This document shows, one piece after another, positions 47,100 through 57,237 of a stretch of 64,000 nt of DNA. Made by a program: the position numbers and the translations under genes. The stretch comes from a bacterium (GTDB taxonomy: Bacteria > Patescibacteriota > Microgenomatia > UBA1406 > GWC2-37-13): assembly GCA_027624795.1 (NCBI GenBank), contig JAQBTX010000001.1:27170-91169 (forward strand), written 5' to 3'. Each line of letters starts with the position of its first letter. Position 1 is the first letter of the stretch. A model generated the notes under the pieces. The model ran no database searches and was not told the origin of the DNA. It saw only the letters and a list, made by a program, of their open reading frames with translations.

Positions 47100-48545
47100 T
47101 TATAGGATATATTTTACCACATCACCTTCTTTAATGTCAAGTTCAGGAGCAAACTGCATTCCACACTCTTGGTCCTTCTTAACCTCCTGTACTGACTTTG
47201 CTCTCATTCTTAGCGATACAAGTTTTGAACTTCCTATAAGCTTATCATTTCGATAAACTTCGGCATTGTCTCCTAAGTTTACTTTACCCTTTGTTACGAG
47301 TCCGCCAAAAATATTTTCACCATCAATAATGAATGTGGCAAGAACTTTAACTTGTGCTTTTAGATTTTTCTCGCGCTCTTTCTTTTCTTGCATAATATCT
47401 GAGACTTCTTCAAGTTCCTCAAGTAGCTCGTATATGATATTGTATGTTTTGATTATGACCTTTTCCTGCTTTGCCAATTCAGTTACGTCTTTTATTACTT
47501 TCACAGAAAAGCCAATTACAATAGCTTTGGTTGTTTTTGCAAGAAAAACATCTGATTTATGAATGTCTCCCACTGCGCTTAGTACCAAGTTAATATTCTC
47601 ATTTTTCTTTAAAGCTTCATTTATAGCTTCAAGCGTTCCTTGTGATTCTGCTTTAAGTATAACGGCAAGCTTGTTGGACTCTTCTTTTTTTTGAAAGAGC
47701 GATTCGATACTGAAAGCTTTAGTTTCAGCTTCTTCTTCCACTTCTTTGATACTTTCTTGCTCATGCGATGTTATAACAGATCCAATTTCTGGAAGTTCTG
47801 AAAATCCAGTGAGAACAAATGGAGCAGAAGGTAATACGGTGCGCAACTGTTTACCCATATCACTTACTAATGATCGGACTTTTATTTTTCCTGTAGAAGT
47901 ATAGAGTTCATCGCCTACAGTAATAGTGCCATTTTTGATAATTACGCTTGAAGATACACCATGAGTGTCTTTGTTTGATTCAATAATATATGCTTCAACT
48001 TGAGATTTTGGATCATATTCAAGCTTTTGATCAGAAGCAATAAGAAGAAGTGCCTCTAATAGCTCTTTTACACCGTCGCCTTTTTCTGCTGATATCGGAA
48101 GTGCGATTACTTCTCCACCCATTTTTTCGGTAATGACTTCGTATTTAAGAAGATCTTTTATTACTTTTTCAGGTTTTGCATCTGGTAAATCTATCTTGTT
48201 GAGAGCAACAATATAAGGAATATTGGCACTTTTAATATGTGCTATAGACTCAATAGTTTGAGGTTTTATAGAATCTTTTGAATCTATTATGAGTATCGCA
48301 ATATCTGCTATGGTAGCTCCACGTGATCTAAGCTTGGAAAATGCTTCGTGACCTGGTGTATCTATGAATGTAATTTTGTCCGTTTCATAACCTTTTATAC
48401 CTGTTGCAATTTCATAGCCTCCAATACGCTGTGTTATGCCACCGTGTTCCCGTGCAGCAATACGGCTGTTTCGAATGGTATCAAGGAGAGTTGTTTTCCC
48501 ATGGTCAACATGGCCTAAGATAGTAACTATTGGTGGACGTATCAT
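47100..48545 (-). CDS. infB: Translation initiation factor IF-2 (short, begins at G domain)
   Basis: [47 protein letters not shown]. Confidence 0.96.
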   Translation of the reverse strand: MIRPPIVTILGHVDHGKTTLLDTIRNSRIAAREHGGITQRIGGYEIATGIKGYETDKITFIDTPGHEAFSKLRSRGATIADIAILIIDSKDSIKPQTIESIAHIKSANIPYIVALNKIDLPDAKPEKVIKDLLKYEVITEKMGGEVIALPISAEKGDGVKELLEALLLIASDQKLEYDPKSQVEAYIIESNKDTHGVSSSVIIKNGTITVGDELYTSTGKIKVRSLVSDMGKQLRTVLPSAPFVLTGFSELPEIGSVITSHEQESIKEVEEEAETKAFSIESLFQKKEESNKLAVILKAESQGTLEAINEALKKNENINLVLSAVGDIHKSDVFLAKTTKAIVIGFSVKVIKDVTELAKQEKVIIKTYNIIYELLEELEEVSDIMQEKKEREKNLKAQVKVLATFIIDGENIFGGLVTKGKVNLGDNAEVYRNDKLIGSSKLVSLRMRAKSVQEVKKDQECGMQFAPELDIKEGDVVKYIL

Positions 48546-48586
48546 GCGTAAAAATATTCAAATTATAGTAACGAAGCTCTGTCAGA

Positions 48587-49633
48587 TTATTCCTCTTTTG
48601 CTTCAGAAGGTTTTTCTTTTGGTTCTTCTGCAGATACTTCTGTTGGTTCTTCGATGGATTTTACTGATTCTTTTTCTTTAATTTGATGTATGTCAATTTC
48701 ATATTCAGTAAGACTTGCGGCAAGATTTACATTAGCCCCATTTTTACCAATTGCAAGTGGTGCTTGTGATTCGTTTACCGTGACTTTTGCTCGTTTTGCT
48801 TTTTCATCCAACTCTACAGAAACTACTTCAGCGGGAGATAATGCACTCACAATAAACGTTTTGGAATCTTCATTCCACTGAATAATGTCTATCTTCTCTT
48901 TACCATTGAGCTCATCAGTAACGGTTTGTACTCGTATCCCCTTTTGGCCGACACAAGCGCCAACAGGATCAACACCACTCTGAATACTAAATACCGCTAT
49001 CTTTGCCCGCTCACCTGGCTCGCGTGCTACTCGTTTTATTTCTACGGTTCCATTGGCTATCTCTGGTACTTCACGCTTGAAAAGCTCTACAATAAGCTTT
49101 TCATCGGCTCGGGAAACAATAATGCGTGAATATCCAGCTGGATTCGTAGAAATTTCTTTCAACAAGAACATATAGCGTTCATTTACTGCTAGTTGCTCAT
49201 TTCGCATTTGTTCATCTCGAGGAAGAACTGCTTCTGTTTTTCCAATATCTACATATACGTTATTTGCATCTTGACGTATAACGCGGCCCCGTACAAGAGA
49301 TCCAACTTGATCTTGGTAATGAGATATTACGGTTTTCTTTTCTACTTCACGGATCTTTTGGATAATGACTTGTCGTGCAGTTTGTGCTGCTATACGGCCA
49401 AATCCAGGAGGAGTAATATCTATATTATTTTCAATAATATGAGTTTCCCCGGTATTCGTATCAATTTTTATTGTAATATCTCGCTCTTCGTCAATAACAG
49501 ATTGTCCATGTTCTTTAAAATATGCTGCAAGAATGGCACCTTCCATAGAGTTTATGACGTCATCAACACTAATACCGCGCTCAGTTGCGACTTGATTAAG
49601 AGCTAGCGTAAATTCACTTTTTACTATTACCAT
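48587..49633 (-). CDS. nusA: Transcription factor NusA
   Basis: FGRIAAQTARQVI, EVPEI, AREPGER.KIAV, DPVGACVG, AIGKNGANV.LA. Confidence 0.97.
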   Translation of the reverse strand: MVIVKSEFTLALNQVATERGISVDDVINSMEGAILAAYFKEHGQSVIDEERDITIKIDTNTGETHIIENNIDITPPGFGRIAAQTARQVIIQKIREVEKKTVISHYQDQVGSLVRGRVIRQDANNVYVDIGKTEAVLPRDEQMRNEQLAVNERYMFLLKEISTNPAGYSRIIVSRADEKLIVELFKREVPEIANGTVEIKRVAREPGERAKIAVFSIQSGVDPVGACVGQKGIRVQTVTDELNGKEKIDIIQWNEDSKTFIVSALSPAEVVSVELDEKAKRAKVTVNESQAPLAIGKNGANVNLAASLTEYEIDIHQIKEKESVKSIEEPTEVSAEEPKEKPSEAKEE

Positions 49634-49701
49634 ACAGCTAATTCTAGCACAAAAAGCCCAAATTACAATGAACAGCTTCTTCTGTTCTTGTATAATAAAC
49701 C

Positions 49702-50985
49702 ATGGCGTTTTTTATATGTTCAAATTGCGGTGAAGGTTCGGCATCTTGGATGGGGAGGTGTCCCAATTGTAGTGAATGGAATACGCTTGTTCAAAAACGT
49801 GAGTCAAAAACTACAAAATCAAAAAAAACTGAAGTATTTGAATCTAAAGCCTTCAAAACAATTGTTGCACTCGATACAAATCGTAATAAAACAGATGTAT
49901 ATGAGCTCGACCGCGTGCTCGGAGGAGGTGTGGTGAAAGGCGAAGTAATCCTTTTAACCGGTGAGCCAGGCGTGGGAAAATCTACGTTGCTTCTTCAAAC
50001 GTTGCATAAACTTACTACCTTGTATATTTCTGGTGAAGAGTCACCCGAACAAATTAAAGATCGGGCAGACCGATTGGCGATTCCGCTTACTACTTTGTCT
50101 TTTTCAGACTCACTCCAAGTTGAAGCCATAGATGCGGGAGTTCGTGACATGAAAACCTTTCCAGACATAATAGTTATTGATTCAATTCAAACGATCTATT
50201 CTAAAGATGTTCCCACTGCTCCCGGCAGCATAACTCAATTGAGGGAAGCAACAGCCAGACTCATACGACTCAGTAAGGAAACCGGCGTTCCCATGATCAT
50301 TGTGGGTCACGTAACCAAAGACGGCGACATCGCAGGGCCCAAATCACTTGAGCATATGGTTGATGCGGTGCTTCATTTTGAAGGGGAAAAAGTTTCAAAT
50401 TATCGCATATTGCGAGCGCAGAAAAACAGATTTGGCTCGACAGACGAGATTGGAATTTTTGAAATGACTCCAAAAGGATTGAAAGAAGTAGATAATCCAA
50501 CCGTATTTTTAGACAAACAAGAAGTTGACGTTCCAGGAAAGTCGATTGCGGGAGTTATGGAGGGGCAGCGTCCGTTATTTTTTGAGATTCAAGCACTTGC
50601 CACTCGATCGTTTTTGGCTGTTCCACGACGCGTTGTGAAGGGATTGGATTATAATAAAATACTTCTCCTTATTGCAGTAATACAAAAGCATCTTAATATT
50701 GATCTGAATACATATGATTTATATTTAAACGTGATCGGTGGGGTTCAAGTTAAATCTCCAGCTGCTGATTTAGCAGTAGTTGCTGCCATTTTATCAACAG
50801 TGAAAGATATTCCATTATCTGCAAGAACCATTTTCACTGGTGAGCTCGGGTTATTGGGGGAGATTCGTAAAGTATATGGCGAAGAAAGGATTGTCCAAGA
50901 AGCAAAAAGACTCAAATTCACCAAACAGTATTATTCTATGGAATGTAAGAGTGTGAAAGAATTGTACAAAAAAATCAGCAATTAA
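49702..50985 (+). CDS. radA: DNA repair protein RadA/Sms
   Basis: CSNCG...W.GRCPNC..WNT, GEPGVGKSTLL, IDSIQT, KNRFG, GELGLLGEIR. Confidence 0.97.
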   Translation: MAFFICSNCGEGSASWMGRCPNCSEWNTLVQKRESKTTKSKKTEVFESKAFKTIVALDTNRNKTDVYELDRVLGGGVVKGEVILLTGEPGVGKSTLLLQTLHKLTTLYISGEESPEQIKDRADRLAIPLTTLSFSDSLQVEAIDAGVRDMKTFPDIIVIDSIQTIYSKDVPTAPGSITQLREATARLIRLSKETGVPMIIVGHVTKDGDIAGPKSLEHMVDAVLHFEGEKVSNYRILRAQKNRFGSTDEIGIFEMTPKGLKEVDNPTVFLDKQEVDVPGKSIAGVMEGQRPLFFEIQALATRSFLAVPRRVVKGLDYNKILLLIAVIQKHLNIDLNTYDLYLNVIGGVQVKSPAADLAVVAAILSTVKDIPLSARTIFTGELGLLGEIRKVYGEERIVQEAKRLKFTKQYYSMECKSVKELYKKISN

Positions 50986-50990
50986 TGTGC

Positions 50991-51611
50991 CTACTCCAAC
51001 ACAAATAGTTCTTCAAGCTGAGAAATCCTTCCATTTGCACCTGTTACTTTTATGACCAACTTGTTCTTTCCTTTTGAAAGCGGAAATTCATAATCAAAAA
51101 TGCCAGTATAACTGGGAAATAATTCTTCATTAAAAATAGTTATAGTAGATTCTCTGGTAGTTTGACCAGTTATATGAACGCGATCAACATTGCGAAATGT
51201 GCGCTTTTGCGGAGCAAGAATTGTTATTGATGGTGGCTGAAAATACATACGAATCTGATACCCAAAATAGCCAAAAAACAAAAGCATTACACATACAAGC
51301 ACTCCATACATAATCTTCTTGGTTTCAGGCAAAATACTAAGCGATGGAAGCCTTCCTTTAAATGTGATACCTTCGGTCTTTTCAAAATCACGACGAAAAT
51401 AAGCTAATGCGTTATGTGGGCTTACTCCAAGATACGATGCATAGGAACGAATGATCCCTGAGATGTATACTCGAGAGCTAAATATAGACCAATCATTTTT
51501 TTCAACAGCTTGCAGGTATCGCTTGCGAATACGCGTTTCTTTTTCTACGTTTTCAAGACTAATCTCTTTTTGGATTCGGGCTTTTTGGAGTAATTCTCCG
51601 ACTGTTACCAT
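50991..51611 (-). CDS. RodZ-like HTH membrane protein with C-terminal Ig-like domain
   Basis: GELLQKAR..K.ISL, TRIR..YL.A.E, G.IRSYASYLG, single TM. Confidence 0.8.
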   Translation of the reverse strand: MVTVGELLQKARIQKEISLENVEKETRIRKRYLQAVEKNDWSIFSSRVYISGIIRSYASYLGVSPHNALAYFRRDFEKTEGITFKGRLPSLSILPETKKIMYGVLVCVMLLFFGYFGYQIRMYFQPPSITILAPQKRTFRNVDRVHITGQTTRESTITIFNEELFPSYTGIFDYEFPLSKGKNKLVIKVTGANGRISQLEELFVLE

Positions 51612-51613
51612 GG

Positions 51614-52171
51614 CTATACCCTCCCTGTATACTCTCCCGTTTCTGGATTAATTGATATTGTTTCACCAACCTTAATAAAAAGAGGAACTAAAACTTTGGC
51701 ACCGGTTTCTACAATTGCTTCTTTTTTGGCATTACTTACCGTATCACCTTTTGCCGCATCTTCTGCTTGAATTATCTTTAATTTTACGCTTGCTGGAGGT
51801 CTTATGCTGAGTGGTTTATCGTTGTAGATATAAACAAACATAGCTTCACCTTCTTTGAAAAAGGCAATGATGTCTCCGATAATATCAAGAGGTATCGATA
51901 TCTGTTCGTATGTATGTTGATCCATAAAAAAAGCATGCTCTGCATCTTTGTATAAGTACTGCATTTCAATGCTGGAAACTTGTACTGTTTCTACATCTTC
52001 TTGTGATTTATAGGTATAATCCATAGCTTTCCCAGAGGAAACACTTCTCATTTTAGTGCGCATAAGCGCCGCCCCTTTTCCAGGAGAATAAAATTCAGTC
52101 TTTAGTAACTGCCAAATGTCATTTTGATAGAGGATAAATTCTCCTCTCTTCAAATTTCCTGCTGCTGTCAT
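51614..52171 (-). CDS. efp: Elongation factor P
   Basis: PGKG, QYLY, FMD..TYEQ, KGDT, VPLFI.VGE, TGEY..R. Confidence 0.97.
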   Translation of the reverse strand: MTAAGNLKRGEFILYQNDIWQLLKTEFYSPGKGAALMRTKMRSVSSGKAMDYTYKSQEDVETVQVSSIEMQYLYKDAEHAFFMDQHTYEQISIPLDIIGDIIAFFKEGEAMFVYIYNDKPLSIRPPASVKLKIIQAEDAAKGDTVSNAKKEAIVETGAKVLVPLFIKVGETISINPETGEYTGRV

Positions 52172-52172
52172 A

Positions 52173-53177
52173 TTATGAAAATGTAATTAATGATAGATCT
52201 TGTATAGCTGGCACATCGGCAAATATCATACCTATGCGCTCCACCCCTATGGCAATGCCGGTAGAATCGGGCATTCCCGCTTCCATTGATTCAATGAATC
52301 CCCAATCTACGGGATGACCTATTTTACCAGAGGTTTTCCTTCCTTTGTCTTCAGCTTTAAATCGAGCTTTTTGTAATACTGGATCGGTAAGCTCTGTGTA
52401 ACAGTTTCCTAGCTCTAATCCAGCAATATAAAACTCAAATCGCTCTGCTGTAACACCATCATTATTGGGTTTTGATAGTGCGGCAAATTGAACCGGATAA
52501 TCATACAATAATGTTGGATATCCGTTCATACCCATATGTGGCTCTACTTCTTGAGTGTAGATCTGTGACCATAAATCTTCATAGGTAAATGATTCTGTTT
52601 TATACCCTTTGTCTTTTGCAATATTGATAAATGCCGATTCATCCAATAATATATTTGGCTTAATAGATGCATATGTTTCAAAAGCTTCAGCAACAGTAAA
52701 ACGCTCCCATTTCGAAAGTGAGATTTGAGAACCTTGATAAGTTATTTGTGCGCCATCACCACTGGTAGCTCTTGCGATATGCTGAAGAAGTTTCAACACT
52801 TGATCTGCCATATACATATAATCCTCCCCTACCTTGTACCATTCAAGCATGGTAAATTCTGGTTGGTGTCTGGGTGAATGAGGTTCGCTATTTCTAAATG
52901 ATTTACCAAGGTAATAACAATCTCCTATGCCCTGTGCAAGTAACCGTTTGATAAATAACTCAGGTGAAGGGGTAAGAAATAAATCTTGTTTTTTATCCAT
53001 ATACGTAAATTCAGTTTTGAAAATCTCTAAGTATGCTTCGGGAATAAGTGCCGGGGAAAGAACAGGTAAATCGAGCTCTAAATACCCATTTTCATTGAGA
53101 TACGAGCGAATAGATTGAACAACTTTGAGATATGTTTTGTAGGATCCGCCTTTTGAATAGTTTGATTTTATAATCAT
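52173..53177 (-). CDS. epmA: EF-P lysine ligase (LysRS catalytic-domain paralog)
   Basis: [19 protein letters not shown]...[36 protein letters not shown]; adjacent to efp. Confidence 0.9.
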   Translation of the reverse strand: MIIKSNYSKGGSYKTYLKVVQSIRSYLNENGYLELDLPVLSPALIPEAYLEIFKTEFTYMDKKQDLFLTPSPELFIKRLLAQGIGDCYYLGKSFRNSEPHSPRHQPEFTMLEWYKVGEDYMYMADQVLKLLQHIARATSGDGAQITYQGSQISLSKWERFTVAEAFETYASIKPNILLDESAFINIAKDKGYKTESFTYEDLWSQIYTQEVEPHMGMNGYPTLLYDYPVQFAALSKPNNDGVTAERFEFYIAGLELGNCYTELTDPVLQKARFKAEDKGRKTSGKIGHPVDWGFIESMEAGMPDSTGIAIGVERIGMIFADVPAIQDLSLITFS

Positions 53178-54031
53178 GAGATTTCATTCTCTAATGCTTG
53201 TATGAGCTCTTTTGCTTTTGTAGAAAGTTTGGTGGGAATAATTACTTTAAACGTAATGTATTGATCTCCTTTGCCAGAAGAGTTGACATGGGGTACTCCT
53301 TTTCCTTGCAATCGTATCATGCTACCACTTTGTGTTCCGGGTTTAACTTTTACTTTTACTTCTTTGTCTACGGTTGGAATCTGAATAGTTGCCCCCAATA
53401 TGGCTTGGGTGAGAGAAAGGTGCTGCTCATAAAATATATCTTGGCCTTTTCTGGTAAATTTTGAGTCGGGGGCGATACTGATGATGACATCAAATTCATT
53501 GAATCGAATTCTCATGTTGTCATCTACACCAGCGGGGACTTTTATTATTTTTTCCTTCCCATTTATAACTGTTTGCTTTTCAACTCCCCTCACTGCTTCT
53601 TGAAAGCTAATCTGCATTTGGTACACCGATCGGGGTTGCCGCGTTTGGCGTGAGCTACCATAAGGTGATTGACCACCAAAAAATTGTTCAAATATATCAA
53701 ACGGATCCATTCCACCAAAATCAAAGTTCACACTTTGGCCCCCTACATTTGAATAATAGCCACCCTGACCACCGAATGGTCCTTGTTGGCCTGCTGCACT
53801 AGCACGAGCTCCACCATTTGAATAGGCTGAATGACCTATCTGATCGTAGGTGCTTTTCTTTTTTGGATCAGAAAGCGTTTCATATGCCTGATTAATCTCT
53901 TTAAACTTTTTCTCTGCTCCTGACTCCCTATTCTTGTCTGGATGCCACTTAAGCGCAAGCTTACGATAAGCCGACTTGAGTTCCTGCTTGGAGGCATTCT
54001 TGCTCACTCCAAGCACTTCATAATAATCCAT
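53174..54031 (-). CDS. dnaJ: DnaJ-family chaperone lacking the zinc finger
   Basis: [13 protein letters not shown] region, C-terminal domain; no CXXCXGXG. Confidence 0.93.
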   Translation of the reverse strand: MDYYEVLGVSKNASKQELKSAYRKLALKWHPDKNRESGAEKKFKEINQAYETLSDPKKKSTYDQIGHSAYSNGGARASAAGQQGPFGGQGGYYSNVGGQSVNFDFGGMDPFDIFEQFFGGQSPYGSSRQTRQPRSVYQMQISFQEAVRGVEKQTVINGKEKIIKVPAGVDDNMRIRFNEFDVIISIAPDSKFTRKGQDIFYEQHLSLTQAILGATIQIPTVDKEVKVKVKPGTQSGSMIRLQGKGVPHVNSSGKGDQYITFKVIIPTKLSTKAKELIQALENEIS

Positions 54032-54033
54032 AA

Positions 54034-55920
54034 TTATTGAACAACCTCACCTTCTTCTACATCTTTTGGCTTTTCCTCTTTAACTTCTTCTTTACCTGCC
54101 TCCTGAGGAGGTTCTTGAGACTGTTGTTTATTCATTGCTTCGCCAATTTTCTGCAAGGTTTCGGTTACTTCTCCAATTTTTGTATCAAGTTCATCTGCAG
54201 TTACATCTTCGTTTTTAAGCATTTCCTTGAGGTTTGAAACGGCTTCTTCAACTTCTTTTTTCACATCTTCTGGTACTTTATCACCGGCATCTTTAAGCGC
54301 CTTTTCAGAAGTGTAAATTAAGTGTTCAGCTTTGTTTTTAGCTTCAATTACTTTCTTGAGCTTTTCATCTTCTTCAGCATGATCTTCTGCTTCAGTCTTC
54401 ATTCGCTCTACTTCAGCGTCACTTAATCCGGTACCACCTTGAATGGTGATACTTTGCGATGTACCCGATGCTTTGTCTTTAGCCGTTACCGTAAGGATCC
54501 CGTTGGCATCGAGGTCAAAGGTAACTTCGATCTGAGGAACACCTCGTGGGGCAGGCGGAATGCCACTAAGGTTAAAGGTTCCGAGTGACTTATTGTCTTT
54601 GGACATAGGTCGTTCTCCTTGAAGAACATGGATTTGGACCTGAGTTTGACTATCTTGTGCAGTGGAGAATGTTTCAGATTTTGAAGCGGGAACGGTAGTA
54701 TTACGCTCAATAAGTGGGGTTGTAACACCGCCGAGAGTTTCTACACCAAGGGTAAGCGGAGTTACATCCAAGAGCACTACATCTTTGGCCTCACCCGATA
54801 GAATTCCTGCTTGAATAGCTGCTCCAATAGCAACTACTTCATCTGGGTTAACAGACTTATTGGGTTCTTTTCCAAAGAATTTCTTAACCTCTTCTACGAT
54901 CTTTGGCATACGGGTCATACCACCAACCAAAATTACTTCATCAATTTCTTTTGGCTCTATCTTTGCGTCTTTTAGAGCTGCACGAACGGGAGCAAATGAT
55001 TTTTGAATAAGCTCGTCCACCAATGCTTCAAGCTTTGCTCGGGTTATTTTGACTACTAAATGGAGTGGTTGATCTTCTCGAACGGTAATGTAGGGAAGAT
55101 TGATCTCTGACTCTTGAGAGGATGACAATTCAATTTTCGCTTTTTCTGCAGCTTCCTTGAGGCGTTGCAGAGCTTTTATATCTTTGCGAAGATCGATGTT
55201 GTTTTCTTTCTTAAATTCATCGGCAAGATGATTTATGAGTATTTGATCAAAATCATCTCCTCCTAGGTGGGTGTCACCATTGGTTGATTTGACTTCAAAT
55301 ACACCCTCACCAAGCTCTAATACAGTTATATCAAACGTACCGCCTCCCATATCGTATATCGCAATAGTATGCGCATGAGATGTGTCGAGTCCATAGGCAA
55401 GTGCTGCAGCAGTTGGTTCGTTTATGATGCGTTCAATTTGCAGCCCTGCGATTTCCCCTGCTTGCTTCGTAGCTTGACGCTGGGCATCATTAAAATACGC
55501 AGGAACGGTAATTACTGCTTTATCTACCTTTTCACCCAAATATGCTTCTGCGTCTTCTTTTAATTTGGTTAAAATCATGGCAGAAATTTCTTCAGGAGTG
55601 TAGGTCTTACCTTCAACTTCAACTACCGCTCGACCTTCTTTCCCAGCTTTAATTTTGTAGGGAAGGTATTTTTCTTCATTTTTAACTTCTGGATCTGAAG
55701 CTCTTCGTCCCATAAGACGTTTTATAGAATATATAGTTCTTTCTGGATTAAGCACCAATTGGCGTTTAGCAACGTCTCCTACTATTCGTTTCGTTGGATC
55801 TACCACGCTAGGAATGACATTGCGCCCTTCTTTGGAATGAATAATTTTTGCCTTACCACCTTCCATAACTGCTATTGCAGAGTTAGTTGTACCAAGATCG
55901 ATACCGATTGTTTTTGACAT
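54034..55920 (-). CDS. dnaK: Chaperone DnaK
   Basis: [37 protein letters not shown]. Confidence 0.99.
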   Translation of the reverse strand: MSKTIGIDLGTTNSAIAVMEGGKAKIIHSKEGRNVIPSVVDPTKRIVGDVAKRQLVLNPERTIYSIKRLMGRRASDPEVKNEEKYLPYKIKAGKEGRAVVEVEGKTYTPEEISAMILTKLKEDAEAYLGEKVDKAVITVPAYFNDAQRQATKQAGEIAGLQIERIINEPTAAALAYGLDTSHAHTIAIYDMGGGTFDITVLELGEGVFEVKSTNGDTHLGGDDFDQILINHLADEFKKENNIDLRKDIKALQRLKEAAEKAKIELSSSQESEINLPYITVREDQPLHLVVKITRAKLEALVDELIQKSFAPVRAALKDAKIEPKEIDEVILVGGMTRMPKIVEEVKKFFGKEPNKSVNPDEVVAIGAAIQAGILSGEAKDVVLLDVTPLTLGVETLGGVTTPLIERNTTVPASKSETFSTAQDSQTQVQIHVLQGERPMSKDNKSLGTFNLSGIPPAPRGVPQIEVTFDLDANGILTVTAKDKASGTSQSITIQGGTGLSDAEVERMKTEAEDHAEEDEKLKKVIEAKNKAEHLIYTSEKALKDAGDKVPEDVKKEVEEAVSNLKEMLKNEDVTADELDTKIGEVTETLQKIGEAMNKQQSQEPPQEAGKEEVKEEKPKDVEEGEVVQ

Positions 55921-55955
55921 ATTGTTATAAGTTAAAAGGTTAATAATTAATAAAT

Positions 55956-56426
55956 TTACTTTGATTTACTCACCACTACTTTACCGTGTCTTAATAACTG
56001 ACCATTTAGTTGATATGCTTTTTGAACTACTTTAATGATTTTATTGTCCTCTTTTCCAACTACTGCCTCCACCGCTTCAGCGCGTTCTGGATCAAATTCT
56101 TGACCTTCAAGTGATATTTCACTGACTCCAAGATTATTAAGAGCCTGCATAAATGAGGTGCTTACCATAGCTAACCCAGGATCGCTTGTGAAGATAGATG
56201 CTTGATCCATATTGTCTAGTACTGGCAAAAGCTCCATAATAACATTCTTTTTTACGGTATCATGCATACGTTGACGTTCATTATTCATGCGATGCTCTAG
56301 ATTCTTGTAATCTGCCAAAGCGCGCAAATATGCTTGCTTATATTCATCTTCTTTACATTCGTGTTTGATGATTTCTGGCTGCTCAGGCATAATGTCATTT
56401 TCGGTCTTTATTGTTGGTTTTTTCAT
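55956..56426 (-). CDS. grpE: Nucleotide exchange factor GrpE
   Basis: [19 protein letters not shown]...EAV, Y.LNG.LLR..KVVV. Confidence 0.93.
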   Translation of the reverse strand: MKKPTIKTENDIMPEQPEIIKHECKEDEYKQAYLRALADYKNLEHRMNNERQRMHDTVKKNVIMELLPVLDNMDQASIFTSDPGLAMVSTSFMQALNNLGVSEISLEGQEFDPERAEAVEAVVGKEDNKIIKVVQKAYQLNGQLLRHGKVVVSKSK

Positions 56427-56427
56427 A

Positions 56428-57174
56428 TTATGGTGATGGTGACTCTTCTTTCATCATATCTTCTAAAAGATGAGAGAAGAATCGTAATTGTGGAACTATA
56501 GTATCATAATGTATATATTTTGGCCCCAAAACCCCTATTATGCCTCGTGATTTTTTACCTTCAAAATCAGCAAAAATACTTGAACAGGTCTCAAATACCG
56601 GATCACGGAAATCTTCTTGACCAAGGATGTAAAAGAGGTCTTCGTCAGCTACATGAGCTAAACGCAATATTTCTTCCCAAAAGTTTGCTTCGTCTAAACG
56701 TTTAAAGAGCATTTGTGAAAGCGATACATTGAGAAAATCTTCAACAGAAAGCAAATTACCGATTCCTGCATAATACAGTTCACCCGCATTGGTAGCAATG
56801 AGCGACATGAGCCCGGTCTTTTGGGCAAGAACTCGTGCAGCTTGAGAAAACATCCGGTTTCGCTTGTCACGGTCATCCCAAATACTATGTTTATATGCAA
56901 CTTCGTCTACCGTAGACAATTCTTTCTCATGCATCACATTCTTTATGTAATACCTATACCCTTTTGGAGACGGCACACGACCAGATGATACATGGGTTTT
57001 TTGTAAAAAACCTTTCTTGGCAAGCTCTACCATCTCGTTGCGAATGGTGGCAGGTGAAACGCCCAGTTTGTATTTTTTTTCAATTATTTCAGACCCAACC
57101 GCCTGACCTGTTTCGGTGTGCTCTTGTATAATTGAGGTTAAAATATCTATTTGTCTTTGAGTTAATTCATCCAT
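56428..57174 (-). CDS. hrcA: Heat-inducible transcription repressor HrcA
   Basis: RQ..IL, VGS, SPATIRNEM, HVSSGRVPS.KGYRYY, GVLGP. Confidence 0.93.
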   Translation of the reverse strand: MDELTQRQIDILTSIIQEHTETGQAVGSEIIEKKYKLGVSPATIRNEMVELAKKGFLQKTHVSSGRVPSPKGYRYYIKNVMHEKELSTVDEVAYKHSIWDDRDKRNRMFSQAARVLAQKTGLMSLIATNAGELYYAGIGNLLSVEDFLNVSLSQMLFKRLDEANFWEEILRLAHVADEDLFYILGQEDFRDPVFETCSSIFADFEGKKSRGIIGVLGPKYIHYDTIVPQLRFFSHLLEDMMKEESPSP

Positions 57175-57175
57175 A

Positions 57176-57212
57176 TTAGCAATAATATAACAGCTCTGCT
57201 AATTCATGTCAA
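57176..57212 (-). promoter_or_regulatory. hrcA promoter overlapped by CIRCE-like operator
   Basis: TTGACA-N17-TATATT (minus strand); TTAGCA-N15-TGCTAA at 57176-57202, the CIRCE outer arms at CIRCE spacing. Confidence 0.8.
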
Positions 57213-57237
57213 GAGGGAGATGGTATATAATAAACAC

